From IMG/VR virus record IMGVR_UViG_3300045988_136351: DNA of 20,450 bases. The stretch is one strand, 5' to 3'. How positions within the stretch are numbered: position 1 is the stretch's first letter; every line of letters starts with the position of its first letter. The notes under the pieces were generated by a model. The model worked only from the letters and a program-made list of their open reading frames with translations. It was not told the DNA's origin and searched no databases. This DNA comes from a virus. Below are positions 14,173 through 20,450 of this stretch, in pieces. A program made the translations under genes and the position numbers.

Positions 14173-14448
14173 TTAAATACCTAATTTTCTTAAATCCATT
14201 GGCGCTTCATGTTTTGGTTTTTCTCCGCCGGATTTTTCAACGCCAATTTGCATAAATAGTTTAGAGTTTGCCTCTGTTAATGAGGTATTCTTTTCAACTA
14301 ATTTTGTATTTTCAGCTTTTAAATTGTCCAATTCTGTATAAGTTTTTTCAACCTCCGCTCGCATGTCATTTAGCATGGTTGAGCGCTCCGCTTGGTCTTC
14401 AACTGTCAATACTTCCGTAAACTTGTTTCTAAGTTCATCACGTTCCAT
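14173..14448 (-). CDS. Scaffolding protein, phi29 gp7-like
   Basis: 91-aa coiled-coil protein directly upstream of the capsid gene. ANSKLFMQIGV parallels phi29 gp7 SNSKLFRQIGL. Confidence 0.85.
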   Translation of the reverse strand: MERDELRNKFTEVLTVEDQAERSTMLNDMRAEVEKTYTELDNLKAENTKLVEKNTSLTEANSKLFMQIGVEKSGGEKPKHEAPMDLRKLGI

Positions 14449-14473
14449 TTTTTACACATCCCTTCTATTTATT

Positions 14474-14502
14474 AATATATGCTAATAATATTTTAAAGTC
14501 AA
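14474..14502 (-). promoter_or_regulatory. Candidate late promoter upstream of the scaffold gene
   Basis: On the - strand: -35 TTGACT (14502-14497), 17-nt spacer, -10 TATATT (14479-14474). It lies immediately downstream of the terminator at 14511..14534. Confidence 0.45.
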
Positions 14503-14504
14503 TA

Positions 14505-14658
14505 AAAAATAAAACCCTCTTTTACGAGGGTTTTAAAAATATAGGTTGTAAAGTTTAAAGTGTTACCAGCTAGATTACTATTACTAATTATGTTGCTAGC
14601 ACGTTTCACCGCGAGTAAACCTAACATACATGTCTGATTTCCGTTCTTTATTCCTTAC
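14505..14658 (-). ncRNA. Non-coding RNA of about 150 nt with its own promoter and terminator; candidate prohead/packaging RNA (pRNA)
   Basis: No ORF is present. A near-consensus promoter lies just upstream and a terminator at the 3' end. A predicted 5'/3' helix pairs GUAAGGAAUAAAG (14658-14646) with CUUUAAACUUUAC (14560-14548), giving 11 of 13 pairs. Internal stacked hairpins are also predicted. All phi29-like phages need a pRNA and none is otherwise accounted for here. Confidence 0.5.
14511..14534 (-). terminator. Intrinsic terminator closing the ncRNA unit
   Basis: Stem aaaaccctc / gagggtttt with a 6-nt loop, followed on the - strand by ATTTTTTATT. Confidence 0.8.
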
Positions 14659-14664
14659 GGTCAT

Positions 14665-14693
14665 ATAATACCATGTTATTTACTTTTTGCCAA
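14665..14693 (-). promoter_or_regulatory. Strong sigma-A-type promoter driving the ncRNA unit
   Basis: On the - strand: -35 TTGGCA (14693-14688), 17-nt spacer ending in TGg, -10 TATTAT (14670-14665). It overlaps the 3' end of ORF 14676..14897. Confidence 0.65.
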
Positions 14694-14897
14694 ATCTTCT
14701 TTAACTTTATCTTTAACAAATTGACTAAACTTTTTCTTTTTCAATAAATCTTCAATATAATCAACGACTTCAACTTCATTTTTATTGACACAAACACAGT
14801 ATTTATTAACATGATCTCGATACCATTTATTTCGATTTTCTTTTGACTTCTCACTCAACATTGTCATCACATCCTTTTTCATCATCTTCTTTTTCAT
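14676..14897 (-). CDS. Small basic protein (73 aa or shorter), possible DNA-binding regulator
   Basis: Lys-rich N-terminus followed by a strand-helix-helix-like pattern (KYCVCVNK..EVVDYIEDL..FSQFVKDKVKEDL). It is the last early gene before the early/late boundary. Several in-frame ATGs make the start uncertain. Confidence 0.55.
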   Translation of the reverse strand: MKKKMMKKDVMTMLSEKSKENRNKWYRDHVNKYCVCVNKNEVEVVDYIEDLLKKKKFSQFVKDKVKEDLAKSK

Positions 14898-15291
14898 TCT
14901 GCCATACTAACGGCATACCTAATATATAAGTATGTACAAAGTCATTCGTTTCATGGTTCACAATACTCCAGCCGTTTTCTAAATATTGGTTTAGCATATC
15001 AATATCTTTTCGATAAGCGCTATAATCATAATCTTTTATTGATCTAACAACTACTACTTTATTTTTGAGTGGAGGATTTCCGAACATAATTTCATTAAAT
15101 TCTTTTAGAGTCTTATCACACTTTTTAAATATTGCGTTGTCACGATGATGAACTTCATATGATAAACTATCAAGTTCTTTATTCAAATGTTTATAATTAT
15201 CCTTTAAGGATTCATATTTACAATATATAAACAAACAAAAAACTGCTAACACAATAATACACATTAATATCATTAAAAACATAAAATCCAT
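14851..15291 (-). CDS. Membrane-anchored early protein (146 aa) with N-terminal TM, coiled coil and C-terminal domain
   Basis: SD AAAGGAG lies 8 nt before the ATG at 15291; the track start at 15378 is a TTG. The TM segment is FMFLMILMCIIVLAVFCLFIY, followed by a heptad-like segment. Confidence 0.65.
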   Translation of the reverse strand: MDFMFLMILMCIIVLAVFCLFIYCKYESLKDNYKHLNKELDSLSYEVHHRDNAIFKKCDKTLKEFNEIMFGNPPLKNKVVVVRSIKDYDYSAYRKDIDMLNQYLENGWSIVNHETNDFVHTYILGMPLVWQNEKEDDEKGCDDNVE

Positions 15292-15438
15292 TTTTTCTAC
15301 TCCTTTATGATCCAAATAATCATTAATACCATTCCTATAATATATACAACAAATAGAAATGTTACACTTAAACAGCAAAATGCCATAAATAAATAATACA
15401 ATATATTTGTTAAAACACTTATCACTTTATCAACTTCC

Positions 15439-17265
15439 TTATCTACTTTTAATACTGAATTGTCTATCGACTAATACAATACCACCAGGAACATGTGTTT
15501 TCTTTAAGCAATCATTAATTACATTTCCAACTCTAAAATTATCATATGTTACATTCTGTTTAGCTTTTTGCGTCATACCAGCGCACTTTACATTCAAATA
15601 ATAACAAACACCCTCACGGATATAATACAAATTATCTTTACAGTCGTTTTCACTAATAAATTCTTGTTGGTGCTCTACATATTCCTTATAACTGATTTCG
15701 ATTTCTTCCACATAGGATTTAGCACCAATAAAATAAGATCGTGTAAACACTGATTCTAAACCCCAATAACCTAATTCCTTATCGTCAATAATATCTTTAA
15801 TAGCGTCCGGAACTTGTGTACCTACTAAATGTATTGAATCCGTATCAATATATGCGACTCTATGGATACCTACTTTTTGCGCGGTACTAATTGTATATTT
15901 ACGCGCGTATGCTGTTACAAATTCACCGTAAGGTAAATAAATAGGATCCCTAAATTGTTCGTCAATAACCTCTTTCACTTCTCCATCTTCATAAGTAGTA
16001 AACATAGGATCGTGAAGTCTTAATACGCCATCATCTTTATCAATAAATGGAATTTTAGGTGTAATATTTGGGTTCGTTGCGAACTTGCCGTAAACTGAAT
16101 TTAATTGTCTTTTGGCAATAAAACGTTGTGCACCTTTTGAGTTTTTCTTAACTTCCATTTGTTCATCTATAAATTGCCGTGCAATTCCTACACATCCTCT
16201 AAATTTATAGCCATTAATGAACTCTACATCATAAATATCATATTGTTCATTAAATAACTGCCAATCAACACTCGTAACAGTCATTCTAACGATATCACCG
16301 TTTGAACTATCTACGTATTTTTTACTACCAAAAAATCGACTAAACTTATCTAAGCTAATGCATGGTATATGATCTTTTTTAATGTCAAAAGCAAAACTAA
16401 CAACACCTACCCATAGTGGATATTCATCATCCTGTTGGTATTCACCTTCAAAATATATAGGTGTATCATACGGCAATAATTCATAATACATACGACTCGG
16501 AAAAAGTGAATTTACGTCAAATACTATCCCTTGTCCTATCTCTTTTTCTTTTAGTTCCGGGTTTGCCCAAACGAAACCGCCACTATAAGCCGGTCTTAAA
16601 TCACTATCCACACTCATTTCTAAAGGTGGGAATATCTTTTCAAAACTCATAGACAGTGTTTTCTTGAAAGCCTCAAAACTACAGCTTGTGGCTGTCATTT
16701 TATTAAATCCAAGCTTAAAACATTCATTCAATGCCATACCTTCAATGTCGATATCATTAAAAAGATAATCCACCTCATGTGGTGTTAGCTTGTGTCCTAT
16801 TTCACGTTTAGCCTTATAATCTAATTTCAATTTACGTATTGGTAAATTAAAATCATGTGCGATCTTCTCAATACTAAATGGGATTAATTTAAAGCTATCC
16901 CATATTGTAGTTTTTGTTGACCGATAAATTGAGTACTTCCACCATATTTCAATAGAGTACCACAAACCAGTATTAGAGATTATTGTTTTAAAACACCCGG
17001 TTTTAGGCTTGTCCGAATATTCATAACCATTTGATAATAACCAACTAACAATAAACTCACCATCAAAAGCAAGATTATGAAAATATAATTTACGTGTTTT
17101 CTGTTGACACCACTCAAAAAAACCATATATAGAATTTCCATATTCTTTTATACTTAAATCACTTACCAGGCTAGCGCCCCAAGCCCATACCCTACAGTCT
17201 AAAGGGTCGGTTGTAGTCTCAAAGTCGCACGCCCAAATTTCTTTGGGCTCTTTTTTCTTTGTCAT
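15439..17265 (-). CDS. Protein-primed family B DNA polymerase, phi29 gp2-like
   Basis: Exo I DFETTT, Exo II HNLAFDGEF, Exo III YLFNDIDI, motif A DVNSLFPS, motif B KRQLNSVYGKFA, motif C YIDTDSIH, and KCAGM. SD AAGGGGGT. Confidence 0.97.
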   Translation of the reverse strand: MTKKKEPKEIWACDFETTTDPLDCRVWAWGASLVSDLSIKEYGNSIYGFFEWCQQKTRKLYFHNLAFDGEFIVSWLLSNGYEYSDKPKTGCFKTIISNTGLWYSIEIWWKYSIYRSTKTTIWDSFKLIPFSIEKIAHDFNLPIRKLKLDYKAKREIGHKLTPHEVDYLFNDIDIEGMALNECFKLGFNKMTATSCSFEAFKKTLSMSFEKIFPPLEMSVDSDLRPAYSGGFVWANPELKEKEIGQGIVFDVNSLFPSRMYYELLPYDTPIYFEGEYQQDDEYPLWVGVVSFAFDIKKDHIPCISLDKFSRFFGSKKYVDSSNGDIVRMTVTSVDWQLFNEQYDIYDVEFINGYKFRGCVGIARQFIDEQMEVKKNSKGAQRFIAKRQLNSVYGKFATNPNITPKIPFIDKDDGVLRLHDPMFTTYEDGEVKEVIDEQFRDPIYLPYGEFVTAYARKYTISTAQKVGIHRVAYIDTDSIHLVGTQVPDAIKDIIDDKELGYWGLESVFTRSYFIGAKSYVEEIEISYKEYVEHQQEFISENDCKDNLYYIREGVCYYLNVKCAGMTQKAKQNVTYDNFRVGNVINDCLKKTHVPGGIVLVDRQFSIKSR

Positions 17266-17283
17266 ACTACAACCCCCTTTACA

Positions 17284-18117
17284 TTATTTATATCTAACCA
17301 TACCGTCACTAACATAAGCACGTCCGGTAAACACAGCTAAACTATCTTTTACATCGCTTAAATCTTCTCTTATAGCTTTACTTAATTGCTCGTTTACAAA
17401 TTTCTGGTTTTCTGTGTATTCACGGCTTAAATCCAGGTATTTAAAAGTATCTATCGCTTTTCGTTCTTGATACAACCATTTTAATAATTCTTTATCTGAT
17501 AATGATCTCATGTCTTTTAAAATTTGTTGCCCTTCTTCCTCTGTTATATTGTGCCCTCGTATTTGTTTTTCTATAGCTGTTTTATAATTCTCTCGAAACG
17601 TAGTAATTTTCTTATTTTTCTTTTTCGTATTTTCCTTTAGGCTTTCAATCCTATTTTTTAATTGTTTAGGATATCTATACGATTGGATATTAACATGATG
17701 AACCGGCTCAAAAAAACCGCCTCTATCATCTTTTAATACTGATAAAGCCTGTCGGACTGAAATATTTGTTGATATACCGCCCTTTGTTTCTTTCAAATTA
17801 TTTAGCCCAACACTACGAACTAACTTTTTTCTTTGTTTGTTCTGTTTATCCACTAACTTATTAGCCTGCTCGATGTCGTTACGGTTAAACACAACACCAT
17901 ACCGATTTTTTATATATCTATTTTCTTTGTTGAATTTTTCAATTGATTTTAAGTATTTATTAAATTCCTTACGATCTTTAAAATCTTTTATAGAACGAAT
18001 GTCATTAAAAACAACATCCTGCCCTAAATTTTGCGCTTTTGTAGCAGTTCGTTTAGCACTTGCTATAGCATTTCTAAGTCGTTTTACATCTTTCGTACTT
18101 TTTCGCATTTTAGCCAT
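17284..18117 (-). CDS. Terminal protein (replication primer), phi29 gp3-like
   Basis: Lies directly upstream of the polymerase and is basic. FKDRKEFNKYLKSIEKFNKENRYIKNRYGVV parallels phi29 TP FETRAQFNKWKEQASSFTNRANMRYQFEKNAYGVV. The SD-supported ATG is at 18117; the track start is a GTG at 18126. Confidence 0.88.
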   Translation of the reverse strand: MAKMRKSTKDVKRLRNAIASAKRTATKAQNLGQDVVFNDIRSIKDFKDRKEFNKYLKSIEKFNKENRYIKNRYGVVFNRNDIEQANKLVDKQNKQRKKLVRSVGLNNLKETKGGISTNISVRQALSVLKDDRGGFFEPVHHVNIQSYRYPKQLKNRIESLKENTKKKNKKITTFRENYKTAIEKQIRGHNITEEEGQQILKDMRSLSDKELLKWLYQERKAIDTFKYLDLSREYTENQKFVNEQLSKAIREDLSDVKDSLAVFTGRAYVSDGMVRYK

Positions 18118-18146
18118 TTTAAACACCCCCTTTTAAGCCAAAATAA

Positions 18147-18169
18147 AAGGGTGTTTGGCTAACACCCTT
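18147..18169 (-). terminator. Intrinsic terminator or attenuator between the SSB and terminal-protein genes
   Basis: 9-bp stem aagggtgtt / aacaccctt with a 5-nt loop, and T-rich sequence downstream on the - strand. Confidence 0.65.
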
Positions 18170-18180
18170 ATTTTATTAGG

Positions 18181-18582
18181 CTATTTTACAGCCATGCTTA
18201 AATATTTATTCGTGCTTGAGTTTGATTTTTTCTGAATGATTGTCACACATACCGGTTCTTTTGTCCAATCATAGTTAAATACTTGTTTAAGTTGCTTTAA
18301 TGATTGCAAGAAAGGTTTACTATTTGTAGCATATGCTTTACCTTCTTTATCAATTACAGTGATTAGTTTACTACAAATAATCTCACCTGTTTTATCATTT
18401 TCCTTTTCTACATCTTGCACGATGTAACCCGTCAAATACAAGTCCTTACCTACTTGATCGCTTAGACCTTCCGCATTATTTACCGCGTTGAATAAGTTAA
18501 CGCGTTGCTCGTGAGTCATGTCCTCAGTTACAACCAAACCTGTGTTTTCCATTGCCATTACTTCATTTCCTAAATTTTCCAT
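18181..18582 (-). CDS. Single-stranded DNA-binding protein, phi29 gp5-like
   Basis: The MEN.. start, LFNAVNN, ITVIDKEGKAYATNSK..L..L and VTIIQKKSNSSTNKYLSM align in order with phi29 p5 (IFNAQTG, TTIFAADGSLYSAISK, VKVVQGTSSKGNVFFSL). Position and size (133 aa) also match. Strong SD AAAGGAG. Confidence 0.7.
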   Translation of the reverse strand: MENLGNEVMAMENTGLVVTEDMTHEQRVNLFNAVNNAEGLSDQVGKDLYLTGYIVQDVEKENDKTGEIICSKLITVIDKEGKAYATNSKPFLQSLKQLKQVFNYDWTKEPVCVTIIQKKSNSSTNKYLSMAVK

Positions 18583-18705
18583 ATTAATTTTTCTCCTTTT
18601 AATTTTAACTATTGCTTTTTCAATTAATTTATTTCAAGTTGTCTAATTTTGTAACCAGCATAACAATTTACAACCTACGTCGCTTTTTAGTGAAGTCATA
18701 ACACT

Positions 18706-18942
18706 TTAATGTCTTACATGGCACACCTCCATTAATTCATCATATTTCATATTTATTAATACAAACCACATAACTAACATTACAATTGATATTATAATGA
18801 AATTTATGTATCTGTTTGATACCTTATAGTATTTAAAATTACCTTTACATTGTTGGTATATTTGGTAAACAGATAATACAACACATAATAACCAACTTGC
18901 AAGTATTAAATTATTGTAAATACTCATAACCGCGTCTCTCAT
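18706..18942 (-). CDS. Small early membrane protein with two TM segments
   Basis: TM segments are ILASWLLCVVLSVYQIY and FIIISIVMLVMWFVLI. The start is uncertain (ATG at 18942 or 18927). Confidence 0.55.
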   Translation of the reverse strand: MRDAVMSIYNNLILASWLLCVVLSVYQIYQQCKGNFKYYKVSNRYINFIIISIVMLVMWFVLINMKYDELMEVCHVRH

Positions 18943-19213
18943 TCTCTTTAATCATATCCTCAAGTGATACAGCTCCCTGTAGAACCTTACGTTTAAATAA
19001 CGTCATAGTGTTATACCGAAACGAATAACTAGCTATTACACTCTTTGAATTTAATTTACAAATATCCATTCTAATTAAATGCCTACGCTGATATACTAGA
19101 TGGAAGCCAAGTTTATAATCACATAAATAAGTCTCTATAATATCAACAATTCTATTAATATTATCCATTGTTAACTCACTTGGATTATGTGAATGTTTGT
19201 AAATTCTACTCAT
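18911..19213 (-). CDS. Hypothetical early protein (100 aa)
   Basis: SD GGGTGA lies 8 nt upstream. The gene is tightly packed with its neighbours. Confidence 0.6.
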   Translation of the reverse strand: MSRIYKHSHNPSELTMDNINRIVDIIETYLCDYKLGFHLVYQRRHLIRMDICKLNSKSVIASYSFRYNTMTLFKRKVLQGAVSLEDMIKENERRGYEYLQ

Positions 19214-19460
19214 TATCTACATCACCCAACCTTTTTAATAACTCAATACGAATAAGCTTTTGTAATTTACTCGTATTATATCTAATACGTACTTGCTTAT
19301 CCATATTACTACCATAATATCCGAAAATCATTGAATTACATAATCGAATTGTAAGAGTAGTTGATAAATCAATTAATGATTTGTTTGAAAATTTTGATAG
19401 GTCTAACTTTTCAAAATCAATATTAATTAAATTAAAATATTTAATGTCATCATCAATCAT
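19206..19460 (-). CDS. Hypothetical early protein (84 aa)
   Basis: SD AAGAGGT lies 7 nt upstream. Confidence 0.65.
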   Translation of the reverse strand: MIDDDIKYFNLINIDFEKLDLSKFSNKSLIDLSTTLTIRLCNSMIFGYYGSNMDKQVRIRYNTSKLQKLIRIELLKRLGDVDNE

Positions 19461-19465
19461 AGCTG

Positions 19466-19774
19466 TTACCTCTTTACGATAAAATCTGTAATATCAATAT
19501 GATCTTGATGTTCCTCAAAACAAATATGTGTTAGCAACTCGCTTAAACGTTTATAAGTTTGCTTTTTCGTTCCAGCGCACACAACAAAATTATTCATGTG
19601 GCTACACCAAAAATAAACAGCCATACCATGTTCAATAACTTCAACCTTATTAATATGTTGAATTGAATTAGTTGATTTTGTCTTAAAGTTAGCATTGTTA
19701 AATCTCTCTTTAACCATATTAGCTTTATCTAATAAACTCTTTTTAGTAATAGTTCCGTAAACTTCATATAACAT
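19466..19774 (-). CDS. Hypothetical early protein (102 aa)
   Basis: SD AGGAGGG lies 7 nt upstream. Confidence 0.65.
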   Translation of the reverse strand: MLYEVYGTITKKSLLDKANMVKERFNNANFKTKSTNSIQHINKVEVIEHGMAVYFWCSHMNNFVVCAGTKKQTYKRLSELLTHICFEEHQDHIDITDFIVKR

Positions 19775-19792
19775 TTTCTTGCCCTCCTAACA

Positions 19793-20065
19793 TTATAAGA
19801 AAATAAATTCACCACTAGCATACTTAAGTAATTCATCTGATAGATCAGCAAACTGTAAAACTAAATAATCAAAATCACTAACTGTAATATCTTCGTCTTT
19901 TAAAGTGTTAAGTATAATAATGTGCATTGAATTAATATAATTAGCAATTAACACATTTTTAAATTCATCTTCATCCACAACCTTAATGGACTCTATAGCA
20001 TTATTGTAAATATTTAATAACACTCCTTCATACACTTCCCTTAATGTCATTTCAACTTTAGTCAT
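19793..20065 (-). CDS. Hypothetical first early protein (90 aa), strongly acidic
   Basis: The ATG at 20065 follows the ITR-encoded SD. The track N-terminal extension MCYTIGEKKEGYN is the translated 5'UTR. I count 17 D/E against 6 K/R. Confidence 0.7.
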   Translation of the reverse strand: MTKVEMTLREVYEGVLLNIYNNAIESIKVVDEDEFKNVLIANYINSMHIIILNTLKDEDITVSDFDYLVLQFADLSDELLKYASGEFIFL

Positions 20066-20092
20066 GTTGTAGCCCTCCTTCTTTTCACCTAT

Positions 20093-20120
20093 AGTATAGC
20101 ACACCTATTCTAGAATACAA
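20093..20120 (-). promoter_or_regulatory. Identical early promoter inside the right ITR, reading inward
   Basis: Mirror image of 331..358. It precedes the long - strand early operon. Confidence 0.6.
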
Positions 20121-20260
20121 GTGTTTTTGTAATTTCACATAATCCACAACCGAGCCGTGTGTGTCATTGTTTCACGTGGAACATTCTTGTGTAGTGGCGT
20201 GTAATGTAGTGTGGTGTGTGGTGTGATGTGTAATAATGTGCTATGTAGTATGGTGTGGTG

Positions 20261-20340
20261 AGGTGAGTCGAACAGAGTGAGACTACACCGAGCGGAGCGA
20301 GTCCAAGGTGAGCGGAGCGAACCAACACCGAGCGGAGCGA
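20261..20340 (-). repeat. Mirror copy of the 20-bp phased repeat array in the right ITR
   Basis: Reverse complement of 111..190 (gagcggagcga cores at 20-bp spacing). Confidence 0.9.
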
Positions 20341-20450
20341 GGCGGTGTTGTATTGTGTTAGTTAGTGTTAACTAATATTATCCTATGTGTGTTCGTGTTC
20401 TGTGAACATGTGTGCGCCAATGGGGAACATGGTTATGCTGACACTACACA

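Larger units (their letters stand above)
20056..20450. repeat. Right inverted terminal repeat, 395 bp
   Basis: Exact reverse complement of 1..395. Confidence 0.96.

Noticed and set aside
18583-18705. A possible promoter or ncRNA in the 123-nt gap upstream of the SSB gene
   Set aside because: Only weak hexamers with wrong spacing are present (two TTGAAA boxes 10 and 24 nt from TAAAAT), along with a weak 6-bp stem. There is not enough evidence to call a feature.
20347-20376. An outward-facing promoter in the ITR (TTGTGT, 17 nt, TATTAT; mirrored at 75..104), which would give a run-off RNA of about 70 nt towards the genome end, by analogy with the end-proximal phi29 pRNA gene
   Set aside because: The -35 is poor, there is no terminator or stable fold, and the match lies in the AT-rich palindrome where such hexamers arise by chance. 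It is kept only as a low-probability alternative to the 14505..14658 pRNA candidate.
1-20450. The long terminal inverted repeats as ends of a transposon or IS element
   Set aside because: There is no transposase or integrase. The interior encodes a full phi29-type virion and a protein-primed replication set (TP plus polymerase), so the ITRs are replication origins of a linear genome.

Overview
The window appears to be the complete linear genome (20,450 bp, AT-rich) of a phi29-like, protein-primed podovirus (Picovirinae/Salasmaviridae type). The host is probably a low-GC Gram-positive bacterium, judging from long GGAGGTGA-type Shine-Dalgarno sites and a CHAP+SH3 lysin. The genome is bounded by perfect 395-bp inverted terminal repeats (ITRs), which I checked base by base. 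Each ITR carries an inward-facing sigma-A-type promoter, an SD, an ATG and the first three codons, so two different early genes share an identical expression cassette. A short + strand early operon (386..1294) converges on a bidirectional terminator at 1293..1319. Everything else is on the - strand. From the right end this strand encodes five small early ORFs, a p5-like SSB, terminal protein, family-B protein-primed DNA polymerase, a membrane-anchored protein and a small basic protein. Next comes a self-contained promoter-to-terminator unit of about 150 nt with no ORF, which is a candidate prohead/packaging RNA (pRNA). The late genes follow: scaffold, major capsid, two paralogous fibre/tailspike modules with a holin between them, a gp13-like wall hydrolase, tail knob, portal, lower collar, endolysin and packaging ATPase. 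Homology calls rest on motifs I recognise from phi29 proteins and were not confirmed by searches. There is no integrase, tRNA or CRISPR. The main points for follow-up are the modular ITR architecture, the ncRNA unit, and the second tailspike gene. That gene is broken by a 22-nt shortfall in a 69-nt repeat array and by two further frame breaks at homopolymers.
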